DNA of 64,000 nucleotides from a virus: IMG/VR virus record IMGVR_UViG_3300044624_001039, positions 5,475 to 69,474 of that record; one strand, 5' to 3'. Shown piece by piece: positions 18,839 to 28,418 of this stretch (position 1 is its first letter; each line of letters starts with the position of its first letter). The notes under the pieces were generated by a model. It saw only the letters and a program-made list of their open reading frames with translations, ran no database searches and was not told where the DNA came from. The position numbers and the translations under genes were made by a program.

Positions 18839-19035
18839 TATAACATAAATTGTTTTAATAGATTACGGGAAATAGATAGATCCTCTACTAGAGGTTCTTC
18901 AAGGATTTTACGATATTCTGTAATGATTTCTAAAGCATAGGCTTGGTCCTCATCATCTAAGGAATTCCACCACTCAAACAATTCATTTGGTGTTTTGTTT
19001 AAAATATATTGAATGTTTTTGTAATCTCTTGTCAT
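18838..19035 (-). CDS. Hypothetical protein
   Basis: TAATG coupling. Confidence 0.55.
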   Translation of the reverse strand: MTRDYKNIQYILNKTPNELFEWWNSLDDEDQAYALEIITEYRKILEEPLVEDLSISRNLLKQFML

Positions 19036-19036
19036 T

Positions 19037-19297
19037 TTATTCTCCTAATTTTTCCCAAGTGTATTCTGATTCTTTCATGTATGCCACTGGTTGTATCCAA
19101 CCATTTTTAATAGCTTCTATAATCATAAATTTATATTGACTCGGACATTTGTTACTAATTTCAAACCCAGCACGTGGCGCCATAACAATACCATTTTCTA
19201 TCATAAAATCAGGATCATCCTTACGGATAGTTTTAATAGTTTTGTCTGGAGAAGTAAAGGTCATACAAGTGAACCTGTATAAGTGTTGTTTAACCAC
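19037..19297 (-). CDS. Hypothetical protein
   Basis: PRAGFEISNKCP motif; probably starts at MTFTSP. Confidence 0.55.
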   Translation of the reverse strand: MVKQHLYRFTCMTFTSPDKTIKTIRKDDPDFMIENGIVMAPRAGFEISNKCPSQYKFMIIEAIKNGWIQPVAYMKESEYTWEKLGE

Positions 19298-20265
19298 CGG
19301 CTGTATGTTTCCGATTGCTCTGATATTTTTGTCAACTCATACTTGCCGCAGAATTTTAGAAAGTGTAGGCCAACTTGAGGGGTAGTAACAGTACGAACAC
19401 CCTCACGAATATGTTTGTCAACACTAGCCTTAACCTCATCGGGTTGACATGTCAAATCAATCAATACCCGATTGCGTTCATAATCATCACGCACCCGATG
19501 TTCAACATTATTATGGTCCAACCAGCGTTGAAGTTGTAGATTGTTCCACGAGTAGCCTTGCTTTTCTCTATCAGCATAAGCCTCAATCAATCCAACTTTA
19601 TTCTTAGTACCTTTAGTACGCACACCTGGGTATGCACTGAACACGTTGTCTGTAGCATCTCCCCTCATGCATTTCTCAAAAAGTATAAATTGGGGGTCAC
19701 CTAACAATTTAGGTTCACCTGTTTTCTTGTCCTTAATAATACGACCTTTATCGTCAAAGTAACCTTCAAGCGTAATCAATTGATTAGTGATTCCATTATA
19801 TTGTTTCACGTTTTTGGTTATGAGTTGTATGTAGTCGCTATCACTTGAAATAATAAAATGTTCATCATCGGGATGCAAGTGAATGAAACGTGCAATCAAG
19901 TCATCAGCTTCTGCCTTAGGATCACGAAGGACACTTACGTTAGTTTTCTCACGCAAAAAAGTTGTGAACTTTTCATACGTTTCCCAAAAAAGTTCGTTTT
20001 CTTCTTTTTCTGCTTCTGTTTGTGATTGTGTGTCTACAACTCTATTCTTTTTATACGGCTCATAGTAAGACTTCCTCCACGATTTTCCCTCCAAGCAGAA
20101 CACAACGTGGTCAATTCCAAATTTGCGAACGATTTGATTGCATGATGCAAGTGTAAGATGTAAGGCCATGCCCACCTTCTCCCATGGATCACTATTGCGT
20201 GAGGCAACATGTCTTGCTCTGAAAAAAGTATTTGCGGTGTCAATGAGTGCGTATTTGTATGTCAT
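19261..20265 (-). CDS. rnh: T4 RNase H-like 5'-3' exonuclease (FEN/PIN fold)
   Basis: LIDTAN, SWRK..Y..YKKNR, EADDLI, SSDSDYIQL, GDATDNV. Confidence 0.9.
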   Translation of the reverse strand: MTYKYALIDTANTFFRARHVASRNSDPWEKVGMALHLTLASCNQIVRKFGIDHVVFCLEGKSWRKSYYEPYKKNRVVDTQSQTEAEKEENELFWETYEKFTTFLREKTNVSVLRDPKAEADDLIARFIHLHPDDEHFIISSDSDYIQLITKNVKQYNGITNQLITLEGYFDDKGRIIKDKKTGEPKLLGDPQFILFEKCMRGDATDNVFSAYPGVRTKGTKNKVGLIEAYADREKQGYSWNNLQLQRWLDHNNVEHRVRDDYERNRVLIDLTCQPDEVKASVDKHIREGVRTVTTPQVGLHFLKFCGKYELTKISEQSETYSRWLNNTYTGSLV

Positions 20266-20271
20266 GTGTTT

Positions 20272-20300
20272 ATTATATACTACTATTTAATTGTTGTCAA
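20272..20300 (-). promoter_or_regulatory. sigma70-type promoter with TAAATA in the spacer
   Basis: TTGACA-ACAATTAAATAGTAGTA-TATAAT. Confidence 0.7.
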
Positions 20301-20313
20301 CTAGTCCGGTTTC

Positions 20314-20754
20314 TCAGACCAAGTATAAGTTTGGATTTGAATTGAGTTCTTTGACAGTAATCTTACGATGATGTTCCAAATTGTTGAAGGGTAAGAAATC
20401 ATCTTTCAACATTTTGACAGGAAACCCTTGTTGGTCAATAGTGTCTTTGACAAGGGTTACCATTTCATCTACTGTCATCTTAGCTTTTGGACTAACCCAC
20501 TCAACGGGTTCCCCATAAATTTTATGACATTGACTAGCAACACGTTGTTTAATAATAGATTCTAATGCCTTAATGTGCATAGTTTCTCCATAAAACAAAT
20601 AACAAAACTCTTGCTCAACCCCAGTATGGTCACTATATTGTTTAGACCGTTTCTTGGGATTGATAGTAATACCATACCCTAACAATTGTACAAACTCACT
20701 ACCATATTTGATGTAGTGAGCCGTTACAATAATGTATAAGAAACAGCCATTCAT
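20314..20754 (-). CDS. GIY-YIG/T5orf172-like protein
   Basis: FLYII...GYGIT..PKKR...LESIIK...EW. Confidence 0.45.
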   Translation of the reverse strand: MNGCFLYIIVTAHYIKYGSEFVQLLGYGITINPKKRSKQYSDHTGVEQEFCYLFYGETMHIKALESIIKQRVASQCHKIYGEPVEWVSPKAKMTVDEMVTLVKDTIDQQGFPVKMLKDDFLPFNNLEHHRKITVKELNSNPNLYLV

Positions 20755-22019
20755 GATTTCATTGCTTTCTTAACCGGTGCGGGCAAGTACTTAGTCAAGT
20801 CACCTGCAGTATTACTATCATACAAATCTACAATTTCAGGCAGTTGATGAGTGCCACCCAAATTACGATACATTTTCATTAACAATACGAATGATGCTTG
20901 TGATTCAACAGGCGATTCGTCAACAGGCATATCCCAAGTCTTAGCATACCAGCGTTTAAAAGTATTTGCACTTTCACTACTCAACATTTCAGGTGTACTA
21001 AAACAAGTTTGAATAACTGCATGAAATGGATCTAAAAATTCTTTCTCAAAGTTTTTAGAATAAACATCAGCCTTCATTTTAACTTTGAAATAGTCGTACA
21101 TGAAACCATATAAGTCAATTTCCATACCATGAATTTCAATGTTAGGCCAGTACTTAGCATGGGTTTTCAAAATGAATTCCCAATTCAGGGGCTTACCTTT
21201 GTACTTACGCATTGCACTAACGTGAGAAATAGATTTGGGATGACCACGATTCTCATCCTCATCACCTGACAAAGGTTCAAATCCGTTGTCCTCACAAATT
21301 TGTTGCAATTCATGTGCTTCTTTATATTCTGTATCAATGTTGCCATCAACACGATAAGACAAGACTTCAATCTTGTGATGATCGTAAGGTCCGATCGGCT
21401 TAGAATATTTACCATTGAATACATCAAATTGCTTTCGTGCGAAAGAACGGTCATCTGTTTCAATATAAGTAAAGGGTACTTCTAGGTCTTGCCAATCACC
21501 ATCATACCCATCCCACAATCCATGATATGCAATTGCGGCTTCTAGCACCACTGTATGTTGTGCATTAGTTGAATGAAAGCGCCATTTACCAACTTCTTTG
21601 GTACCTTGAATAGCAGACATGAATTGAACACGGAAGCGATCCAAGTTTGCAATCTTCACCAGGTGTTTAACGTCCAAATCACGTTGAATATCATCATCAA
21701 TAAAGATATCTTTCAGTTTGACCATTGCAAATTTCAAACGCAAACTGCGGTCATACTTAGTACCCTTCTTTACAAGAGCGGCGATATGCTTGTGCCATGA
21801 TCCATTACTAGGATCAAATAGTTGAGTCAACCTATCCTCAATACTTGCCTCATTGTACTCACCTTTTTTGCGCTTCAACCGATGAACAATTTGACGCAAC
21901 ATTTTAACTGCTTTGGGTTTTGTAAAAATAAACGGGAATGTGTTATGAGTTGTAGCTACTCCGGCATTCACAACTTTGTTAAATTTAATAGCATCTTTTG
22001 TAAGTTTAGACGTTGCCAT
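20751..22019 (-). CDS. ParB-like N-terminal domain protein
   Basis: LKDIFIDDDIQRDLD...NAQHT (variant of DGQHR). Confidence 0.45.
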   Translation of the reverse strand: MATSKLTKDAIKFNKVVNAGVATTHNTFPFIFTKPKAVKMLRQIVHRLKRKKGEYNEASIEDRLTQLFDPSNGSWHKHIAALVKKGTKYDRSLRLKFAMVKLKDIFIDDDIQRDLDVKHLVKIANLDRFRVQFMSAIQGTKEVGKWRFHSTNAQHTVVLEAAIAYHGLWDGYDGDWQDLEVPFTYIETDDRSFARKQFDVFNGKYSKPIGPYDHHKIEVLSYRVDGNIDTEYKEAHELQQICEDNGFEPLSGDEDENRGHPKSISHVSAMRKYKGKPLNWEFILKTHAKYWPNIEIHGMEIDLYGFMYDYFKVKMKADVYSKNFEKEFLDPFHAVIQTCFSTPEMLSSESANTFKRWYAKTWDMPVDESPVESQASFVLLMKMYRNLGGTHQLPEIVDLYDSNTAGDLTKYLPAPVKKAMKS

Positions 22020-22050
22020 AAAAAACCTTGAATTAAGTTAATAAGTCTCT

Positions 22051-22079
22051 ATTGTATAGAAAACTCCATTAAATGTCAA
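22051..22079 (-). promoter_or_regulatory. sigma70 early promoter related to the 12.8-14.5 kb cassette
   Basis: AAAATTTGACA-TTTAATGGAGTTTTCTA-TACAAT-AGAGACTT. Confidence 0.75.
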
Positions 22080-22098
22080 ATTTTGTTTTGTTGTATTT

Positions 22099-22698
22099 TT
22101 ACAACAAATTATCGTAATAGGAAAATAACGTTGAAAAATGCTTCATATCTACATTACAATTAACATAAGAATAATTCCTTGTAGGGTCTTTATAGTTGAG
22201 TAAGGGCAAACAATGTTTTTGTTTTTTATGTTGATTTGCTAATTCTCCTTCAACCCATTCAGTCATATCTCGGTCTTTACGAATAAAACTACTTACTGTA
22301 GGTGCCCTACTATCAATATTCCATACACCTATACTTAAGTATTTTTTATCATTCAAATAGTCAGGTAAATTACCATTTTTAATTTCAGTCATTGTGTTGA
22401 AATAAAAATCTGCGCCATGGGAGCTTTTTGATTTTTCATAACCCCATCCATCAAACCAAGCAAGTTGTCTACCTAAACGTTCGCCTACAGCCTTTTCAGT
22501 ATCCTCACCGGGTTCTGGACAACTTTGACCAATCTTCAAAAATTCATGTTCAATAAAACTTTTTCTATACATAACAGCATAAACGTACATTTTACTGATT
22601 TGATTATCACGTAAAATTTGATATATCTTGGTGTGATGATCTATAGATCCCAAATCAAAATAAAAATCCGGATTATTCAACGAAATATTATTAAACAT
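22099..22698 (-). CDS. GIY-YIG-like protein
   Basis: YVYAV...LKIGQS...ERL...E.EL...PLLN. Confidence 0.45.
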   Translation of the reverse strand: MFNNISLNNPDFYFDLGSIDHHTKIYQILRDNQISKMYVYAVMYRKSFIEHEFLKIGQSCPEPGEDTEKAVGERLGRQLAWFDGWGYEKSKSSHGADFYFNTMTEIKNGNLPDYLNDKKYLSIGVWNIDSRAPTVSSFIRKDRDMTEWVEGELANQHKKQKHCLPLLNYKDPTRNYSYVNCNVDMKHFSTLFSYYDNLL

Positions 22699-23123
22699 TA
22701 ACTTACCTCTGTTCTTCCATTACCTAAATCCTTAGTACGTATTACCCTTGCATCACGGCTTTCCGTACGGTTCTCGGGATCTGCTACCTGTTGTTCATAC
22801 ATCTCTAATGCTACATTACGACATACTGTTTGAAACCATCTATCAACTATGATTACATCAGTATCGTCATCCCGTTGTCTATATCCTGCCTTAATTAAAT
22901 TCAATACAAACTTGTCATTAAAATCTAAATCAAATGCACCATCATTAATATTCTCAGGATTGATTTCTACTTTAGTAATAGCAATGTATGGTTCACCGGA
23001 TGCCGTAGCTTTTTCTTTTGCTGTAAGTTCTGTCTTAGCTTTAATTTGTTTAGGCTTAGGCTCTTTCTTAACAACAGGCTTAATCTCTTGCTTTTTAAAT
23101 AAGTTTTTTAATTTTTCAAACAT
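22698..23123 (-). CDS. Conserved phage hypothetical protein
   Basis: Operon context downstream of uvsE. Confidence 0.65.
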   Translation of the reverse strand: MFEKLKNLFKKQEIKPVVKKEPKPKQIKAKTELTAKEKATASGEPYIAITKVEINPENINDGAFDLDFNDKFVLNLIKAGYRQRDDDTDVIIVDRWFQTVCRNVALEMYEQQVADPENRTESRDARVIRTKDLGNGRTEVS

Positions 23124-24136
23124 TTATATCTTTCTAGTAATTTAAAGCTGGCTAAGTTTTTAGCCTTACTTTCGCACATCATATCAAAATTATCAATGAA
23201 TGTCAATGCCCAATCGTTCACTGCTTCATTCCAATAATAATCACTATGTGCCCTAAGTTTCTGTTTACTGTACCCAGCTTCTATCAACGTATCATGGGAG
23301 GGACGTTCATTAGGGGAGTGTTCAATAAGACAATCTTCCCTACTAACACTATAATGTAAAGTAGGGCGAACGCCACGCCAACTGTCAATGACCCTCTTAA
23401 CACGGTCATCAGTAGGTTCAATGTATTCACCTTCCCGAATCCAGTGGTGATGTATGTCCATAACCGTCGGTACGAGGTCAGATAATGATAAACAGTCTGT
23501 AAGTCCATGTGTATATTCCTCATTTTCTAATGTAAGTGTGTTTCTCGCTTCTGGCGACAATCTGTTGTACACATCTCTAATGCCTTGAGGGCCTCTACGA
23601 CCTGAGATATGTACATTGATTTTCATATCTTGAAACTTCTGACCATAGCCCATCCAACGAGCCATGTCACAATGATATTCAAATTCATCTATACTCTTAT
23701 TTACTACCTCATCACGGTCGCTCGCTAAAACTACAAACTGATCAGGGTGAAAGCTAAGACGCACATCATTGGCACGTGCAGTCTCACCGATTGGTGCCAT
23801 CCAACGTTCTAAACTATTCTGTACATCAGTTGAATGCCAAAAGTCTTTGTATTCATCCATGGTATAGAATGAAAACATATCGCTAGTCAACCGCAACATA
23901 CGTAATTGTGGATCAAGTGTTGCAACTTTCTTAACAAGTGCATGTGTATTCATAATATTGCGTTTAGCAACATCCATAATCTTTTCTTCTACAACATCAC
24001 GCTTATTACGCTTTGCCCATGCTTGTGTAGTGCCGCCTGTGTTAAGACCTTCGGCTGAAACAATCTCACCCTTCTTGTTAATTTCTGCCCATTTACAAGC
24101 GAAACCGATGCGTTTGACTGACTGATTTGTGTACAT
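23108..24136 (-). CDS. uvsE: UV-damage endonuclease UvsE/UVDE
   Basis: RIGFACK, RLTSD, RLSFHPDQF, TLENEE, DIHHH, HYS, AHSDY, ESKAK. Confidence 0.92.
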   Translation of the reverse strand: MYTNQSVKRIGFACKWAEINKKGEIVSAEGLNTGGTTQAWAKRNKRDVVEEKIMDVAKRNIMNTHALVKKVATLDPQLRMLRLTSDMFSFYTMDEYKDFWHSTDVQNSLERWMAPIGETARANDVRLSFHPDQFVVLASDRDEVVNKSIDEFEYHCDMARWMGYGQKFQDMKINVHISGRRGPQGIRDVYNRLSPEARNTLTLENEEYTHGLTDCLSLSDLVPTVMDIHHHWIREGEYIEPTDDRVKRVIDSWRGVRPTLHYSVSREDCLIEHSPNERPSHDTLIEAGYSKQKLRAHSDYYWNEAVNDWALTFIDNFDMMCESKAKNLASFKLLERYKCLKN

Positions 24137-24151
24137 AGATAGACCAAAATG

Positions 24152-24158
24152 ATAAATA
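24152..24158 (+). promoter_or_regulatory. T4-like late promoter for the plus-strand island
   Basis: GATAAATA upstream of 24216, facing away from the uvsE sigma70-like promoter (TTGACT-17-TACACT). Confidence 0.6.
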
Positions 24159-24215
24159 ATAGATGTAGTGTAGCATACCTACGCAATAAAGTCAACTATT
24201 TACGGAAATGATATT

Positions 24216-25553
24216 ATGAGAATAACTGAAATTTTAAGAGAAGCAGATGAATGGGAAGAAAACACCGAAAAATGGGATCGTTTTAAAAAGTGGGCGATTG
24301 ACCAAATGATGCGCTCAACGGAGAAAGTTGGTACTGGTAATCATGTTAGTAAATTAGAAAATCAATACTTTGGTCATCCAATTAATGTAGGTCCTAGTAA
24401 CACATCGCAACAACCATTTGGATCCGTAACTACCAATATTGGTGCTAACAAAGCCTGGACAGAGTTTGTTCAATCTATCATAGACAACTACGAAAACTAT
24501 GAAGCAGAATGGAAAGCAGATTCGGCGGCAGCGTTACTTGACAATCCAGAATATAAAAAATTCCTTGATCGTGCATACACGGATTTCATGGGCATGGGCG
24601 AAAATACCACTGACCAACGTGAACAACATGCCATAGCACTAAGTGGTTATCAAGTAAAACACTATGGCGGAAAGCTATTTGGTTCGTTATTTGGAAATAT
24701 CAAAGGTGCTAGAGCCAGTATGACCCCCGAAGTGTATGGCGCATTAGAAAAAGCTCAATATGATCTGGAGCAAAAAAAGATAACTGACTGGGACGATAAA
24801 CGCCGTGAAGAACAATTAAAGTTCTGGAAAATGTTGCCATACCCAATTAAACTAATGGTTGCAGCCGGCATGGGAAAAACACCCGCACAAGTTGAAGCAA
24901 TTCTCAGCACTTCCGGTAAGTCTGACAACGAAATAATGGGTGCTTATTTTAACGCATCAGAGCCAGAAAAGCCAACTAAACCAGAAATGCAAAAGGAAAA
25001 TATAGCTCCAAGACAGCAAGGTTCTCAAATGCCGGTAACTAAAGAATATTGGCAAAAAGCAGTATTAGCAAGATATCCTAAAGCTAGATTCATACATGAA
25101 AAAATGTTAAACGGTGCCATTTACGCAATGGATGATAGTGGACAAGTTGGTTCATATGAGCCAAAAAGAAGTTACGCTAAAGTTGGACCTGAGTCTCTAA
25201 AAACCGAAAGTATGGCAGAAGATTGGCAAAAGGTCAATAAAAAAGACAAGACTGATGGTATGAGTAAAAAGGCTGTTAGTGCTTATCGTAGAGAAAATCC
25301 GGGTAGTAAGCTAAAAACTGCTGTAACTACTAAACCCAGTAAGTTGAAAAAGGGTAGCAAAGCTGCCAATCGCCGTAAATCATTCTGTGCTAGAATGAGT
25401 GGCATGAAGAAAGCACATGCAAGTGCCAAGACTAAACGAGATCCTGATAGTCCAATCAACAAAGCACTACGCAGATGGAACTGCGAGAGTGTAGAACAAA
25501 TGGAAAAATTGGTAATGATTGCCGAACAAAAAATTAGGGACCTTAAAAAATGA
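24216..25553 (+). CDS. Putative internal head protein with C-terminal basic module (DUF6321-like)
   Basis: N-terminal MRITEILRE; C-terminal RRENPGSKLK...RRKSFCARM...KALRRWNC. Confidence 0.6.
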   Translation: MRITEILREADEWEENTEKWDRFKKWAIDQMMRSTEKVGTGNHVSKLENQYFGHPINVGPSNTSQQPFGSVTTNIGANKAWTEFVQSIIDNYENYEAEWKADSAAALLDNPEYKKFLDRAYTDFMGMGENTTDQREQHAIALSGYQVKHYGGKLFGSLFGNIKGARASMTPEVYGALEKAQYDLEQKKITDWDDKRREEQLKFWKMLPYPIKLMVAAGMGKTPAQVEAILSTSGKSDNEIMGAYFNASEPEKPTKPEMQKENIAPRQQGSQMPVTKEYWQKAVLARYPKARFIHEKMLNGAIYAMDDSGQVGSYEPKRSYAKVGPESLKTESMAEDWQKVNKKDKTDGMSKKAVSAYRRENPGSKLKTAVTTKPSKLKKGSKAANRRKSFCARMSGMKKAHASAKTKRDPDSPINKALRRWNCESVEQMEKLVMIAEQKIRDLKK

Positions 25554-26740
25554 ACTTTACAGAATTATTTGAGGGTGCAACACCCAAATTACCGGGTGCT
25601 GTAGGTGGCATTAAAGTTATGAGCATGGATCAATTTCTTGCCCAATCCGATGATTTACCTGACGAAGAACTAGATGAAGCAACTAAACTACCAGCTCAAA
25701 CACGTGAACTAAAAGGTCAAGAACTAGAGGACTACTTAGATAGAATTCGTAATCGTGAAAAGGGTAAAACAGACAAATATAAACTACCCTACATACATCG
25801 CTCAAGTGTAGTAAAATACTATAATGAAGAAGGTAAACGCTACAATACAGATCAAATTAAAGAAGCATTAGGTGTTCGTCCAAAGAAACTTCTTAAACAA
25901 AATGAAAAGATGAAACATAGCAATGGTGAACTAGAACAATTCTATAACATTGGTTTCGCAGCATTGGTTGGTATTGCATTAGATGAAGGTACTAACGAAC
26001 TAATTGTAGTTAATACATGTCCTGGTGCTGGTTCATGTAAGGTAGATTGTTTTGCTATGAAGGGTGGTAAGGTTCAGTTTGAAGGTCCTTGGTTAAGCGA
26101 TGGGAGAATCTTAACTTTCTTATTAAATGACCCAGATGGATTCTTCAATCAACTAAGTGCAGAAATCACAAAAGAAGAAAAATCAGCACAAAAAGGTGGT
26201 TACAATCTAACTATACGTTGGCATGATGCTGGTGATTTCTTTAGCCCAGAATATATGGACATGGCATTTAAATTAGCTGCCGCTCACCCTGATGTTAAGT
26301 TCTATGCTTATACAAAGATAGCAGATGCGGCATTGGGTCAAAAGCCAAGTAACTTTATTGTTAACTGGAGTGAAGGTGCAAGCACAAGCCAAGAGAAACA
26401 AGTTAAACAACAAGATCCGCAACTAGATGTAACTAAAAATAGTCGTATCGTTCCAAGTAAGTTATTCTATGACTTATTGAAGAAAGATAAAGATGGTAAG
26501 TTAGATAAGACTGCTGATGGTGCATGGCAACCACGTGATGCCGCAGCATTAGAAGAATTGAAAGATAGATTAGCACAACAGTATAATCTAAAACGTGAAT
26601 CTATTATTAGCTACAACGAGATGATGGCAACTCCCGAGAAGAATAACATCAAAAAATGGAATGTTATCATTGCTCCCGGTGAAGGTGATATCAGTGCTAA
26701 TAGACAAGACGTATTGTCTACATTGTTATTGAAGCACTAA
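25550..26740 (+). CDS. Gp88-like (radical-SAM-like Cys motif) protein
   Basis: TCPGAGSCKVDCFA, RWHDAGDF, FYAYTK; N-terminal MNFTELFE. Confidence 0.65.
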   Translation: MNFTELFEGATPKLPGAVGGIKVMSMDQFLAQSDDLPDEELDEATKLPAQTRELKGQELEDYLDRIRNREKGKTDKYKLPYIHRSSVVKYYNEEGKRYNTDQIKEALGVRPKKLLKQNEKMKHSNGELEQFYNIGFAALVGIALDEGTNELIVVNTCPGAGSCKVDCFAMKGGKVQFEGPWLSDGRILTFLLNDPDGFFNQLSAEITKEEKSAQKGGYNLTIRWHDAGDFFSPEYMDMAFKLAAAHPDVKFYAYTKIADAALGQKPSNFIVNWSEGASTSQEKQVKQQDPQLDVTKNSRIVPSKLFYDLLKKDKDGKLDKTADGAWQPRDAAALEELKDRLAQQYNLKRESIISYNEMMATPEKNNIKKWNVIIAPGEGDISANRQDVLSTLLLKH

Positions 26741-27591
26741 TGAGAGCAAATGAGTTCATTACAGAAGCAGTTGGTGGTGACTACATTTATCATAGTGTGT
26801 CACAGCCTAATCAAATCTGGAACATACTACGCAAAGGTGTTATAAAACCTAATCTTTCTGATACAGATGAAGAAGGTGGTTGGGAAATACCAGTCATTAG
26901 TGCAAGTAGAAATCAATACTATAGATTCCCATATGGTGGTGGTAGTATTCAACTTGTGTTAGATAGAAATGCATTACGTCAAGCTGGCTTCAAAGTAATG
27001 CCATTCTCTTATATGCAATTCTACAATCAGCCTGATGGTACTGGCCCTACTGCTAGTAATACAATGTATAAACAAGAAACAGAAGAACGTATCTATCACC
27101 CAAGAGGTATAGGTATCCCTGTTAAGAAACCATATGTTGTAGGTATACAGATACGCAAGGAACTAATGAAGAAAGTTCCAGAAGGTCTACTAAAGTTAAT
27201 TAATGATAGTGGGCTTGAATTAACTCCAATGCGTGATGATCCTACTAACAGAGAAAAGTTCTCACGTAAGTTAGCTAAACCACCATTGAATTCTAAAAAT
27301 TACTATAAGCCTGAAAATATGCAAATAGTAGCACGTGCTAATGATCCAAATAAGTTTGACTTATGGCACATTGGTGACTGGGGTCCAATGCCAATTGGTG
27401 ACGGTGATGAAAATTTTAAAGGTCATACTAAGGAAAAAGCAATAGAGGTGTTTAAACGGGTAACAGGTGGTAATCCTAAAGGAGTTCAATCAGCTATAAA
27501 GTTTGACGGTGATCTCTCAAAGAGTTATTATCATAACTTGGATGGTACTGGTAAAAATGATAAGGTTCCTCCAATCGCACGTAATAATTAA
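26740..27591 (+). CDS. Putative ADP-ribosyltransferase-fold protein
   Basis: YIYHS...ISASR...QETEERI fits the ART H/R-S-ExE triad; N-terminal MRANEFITE. Confidence 0.5.
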   Translation: MRANEFITEAVGGDYIYHSVSQPNQIWNILRKGVIKPNLSDTDEEGGWEIPVISASRNQYYRFPYGGGSIQLVLDRNALRQAGFKVMPFSYMQFYNQPDGTGPTASNTMYKQETEERIYHPRGIGIPVKKPYVVGIQIRKELMKKVPEGLLKLINDSGLELTPMRDDPTNREKFSRKLAKPPLNSKNYYKPENMQIVARANDPNKFDLWHIGDWGPMPIGDGDENFKGHTKEKAIEVFKRVTGGNPKGVQSAIKFDGDLSKSYYHNLDGTGKNDKVPPIARNN

Positions 27592-28418
27592 ATTTTTAAC
27601 AACTCTTCCATAGTATAAAGATTACGCATATAGGGTGATACATCTTCTAGGACTGAACTAGCAATATCACCCTTTCTTCTTGGACCGTATACTACATCAA
27701 AGTCAACATCATTAACTTTCTGGAACAGACTTACAATCTCTTTGACTGTATAACCTACACCGTGACCCAATGATTCTACACTATTGCTAGGCTTTTCAAT
27801 AGCTTGTTTTAGTGCATCACATATCTCATTCACATGCACATAGTCACGTACACAAGTACCGTCAGGTGATATATCATAATCATTACCAAATACAGTAAAC
27901 TTACCTGTATCACGTGCTTTTATTAGATTGTACATTAGTCCGTCAGGGTTAGTGGGTTCATAACCATCACTACCCACAACATTATAGAATCTAAAAATAG
28001 TATAATCTTGTTGTTTATGTTGTGTGCAATATTCTCTAACAACATCTTCTGCGGCACGTTTACTTATACCATACGCACTAGCACAATCTTGGGCAGCACC
28101 TGTACTAGCAAAGATAAAATTCTTTGTCTTTATCTTGTTAACTACATTCATTGTACCATTCAAGTTAGTGATATAGTATTTGATAGGAATCTGTTCACTT
28201 TCACCCACACGAACTAATGCTGCCAAATGTATAACCGCATCATATTCAATATCGCCGGGTATGGCAAATTGTCTATTAATATCACAACGATAAAACTCAT
28301 TCAACGGTGCTTGTGGTTCATCAATATCTAAGCCATGCACTTCATATTCATTTTTAAGCATTTTGCATAGATGACTGCCGATGTAGCCTGAGCTACCTGT
28401 AATTAAAATCTTTTTCAT
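27588..28418 (-). CDS. NAD-dependent NDP-sugar epimerase/dehydratase (GalE-like)
   Basis: ILITGSSGYIG, HLAA, YGISK, RFYNV, CVRDYVHV, RRKGD. Confidence 0.9.
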   Translation of the reverse strand: MKKILITGSSGYIGSHLCKMLKNEYEVHGLDIDEPQAPLNEFYRCDINRQFAIPGDIEYDAVIHLAALVRVGESEQIPIKYYITNLNGTMNVVNKIKTKNFIFASTGAAQDCASAYGISKRAAEDVVREYCTQHKQQDYTIFRFYNVVGSDGYEPTNPDGLMYNLIKARDTGKFTVFGNDYDISPDGTCVRDYVHVNEICDALKQAIEKPSNSVESLGHGVGYTVKEIVSLFQKVNDVDFDVVYGPRRKGDIASSVLEDVSPYMRNLYTMEELLKI

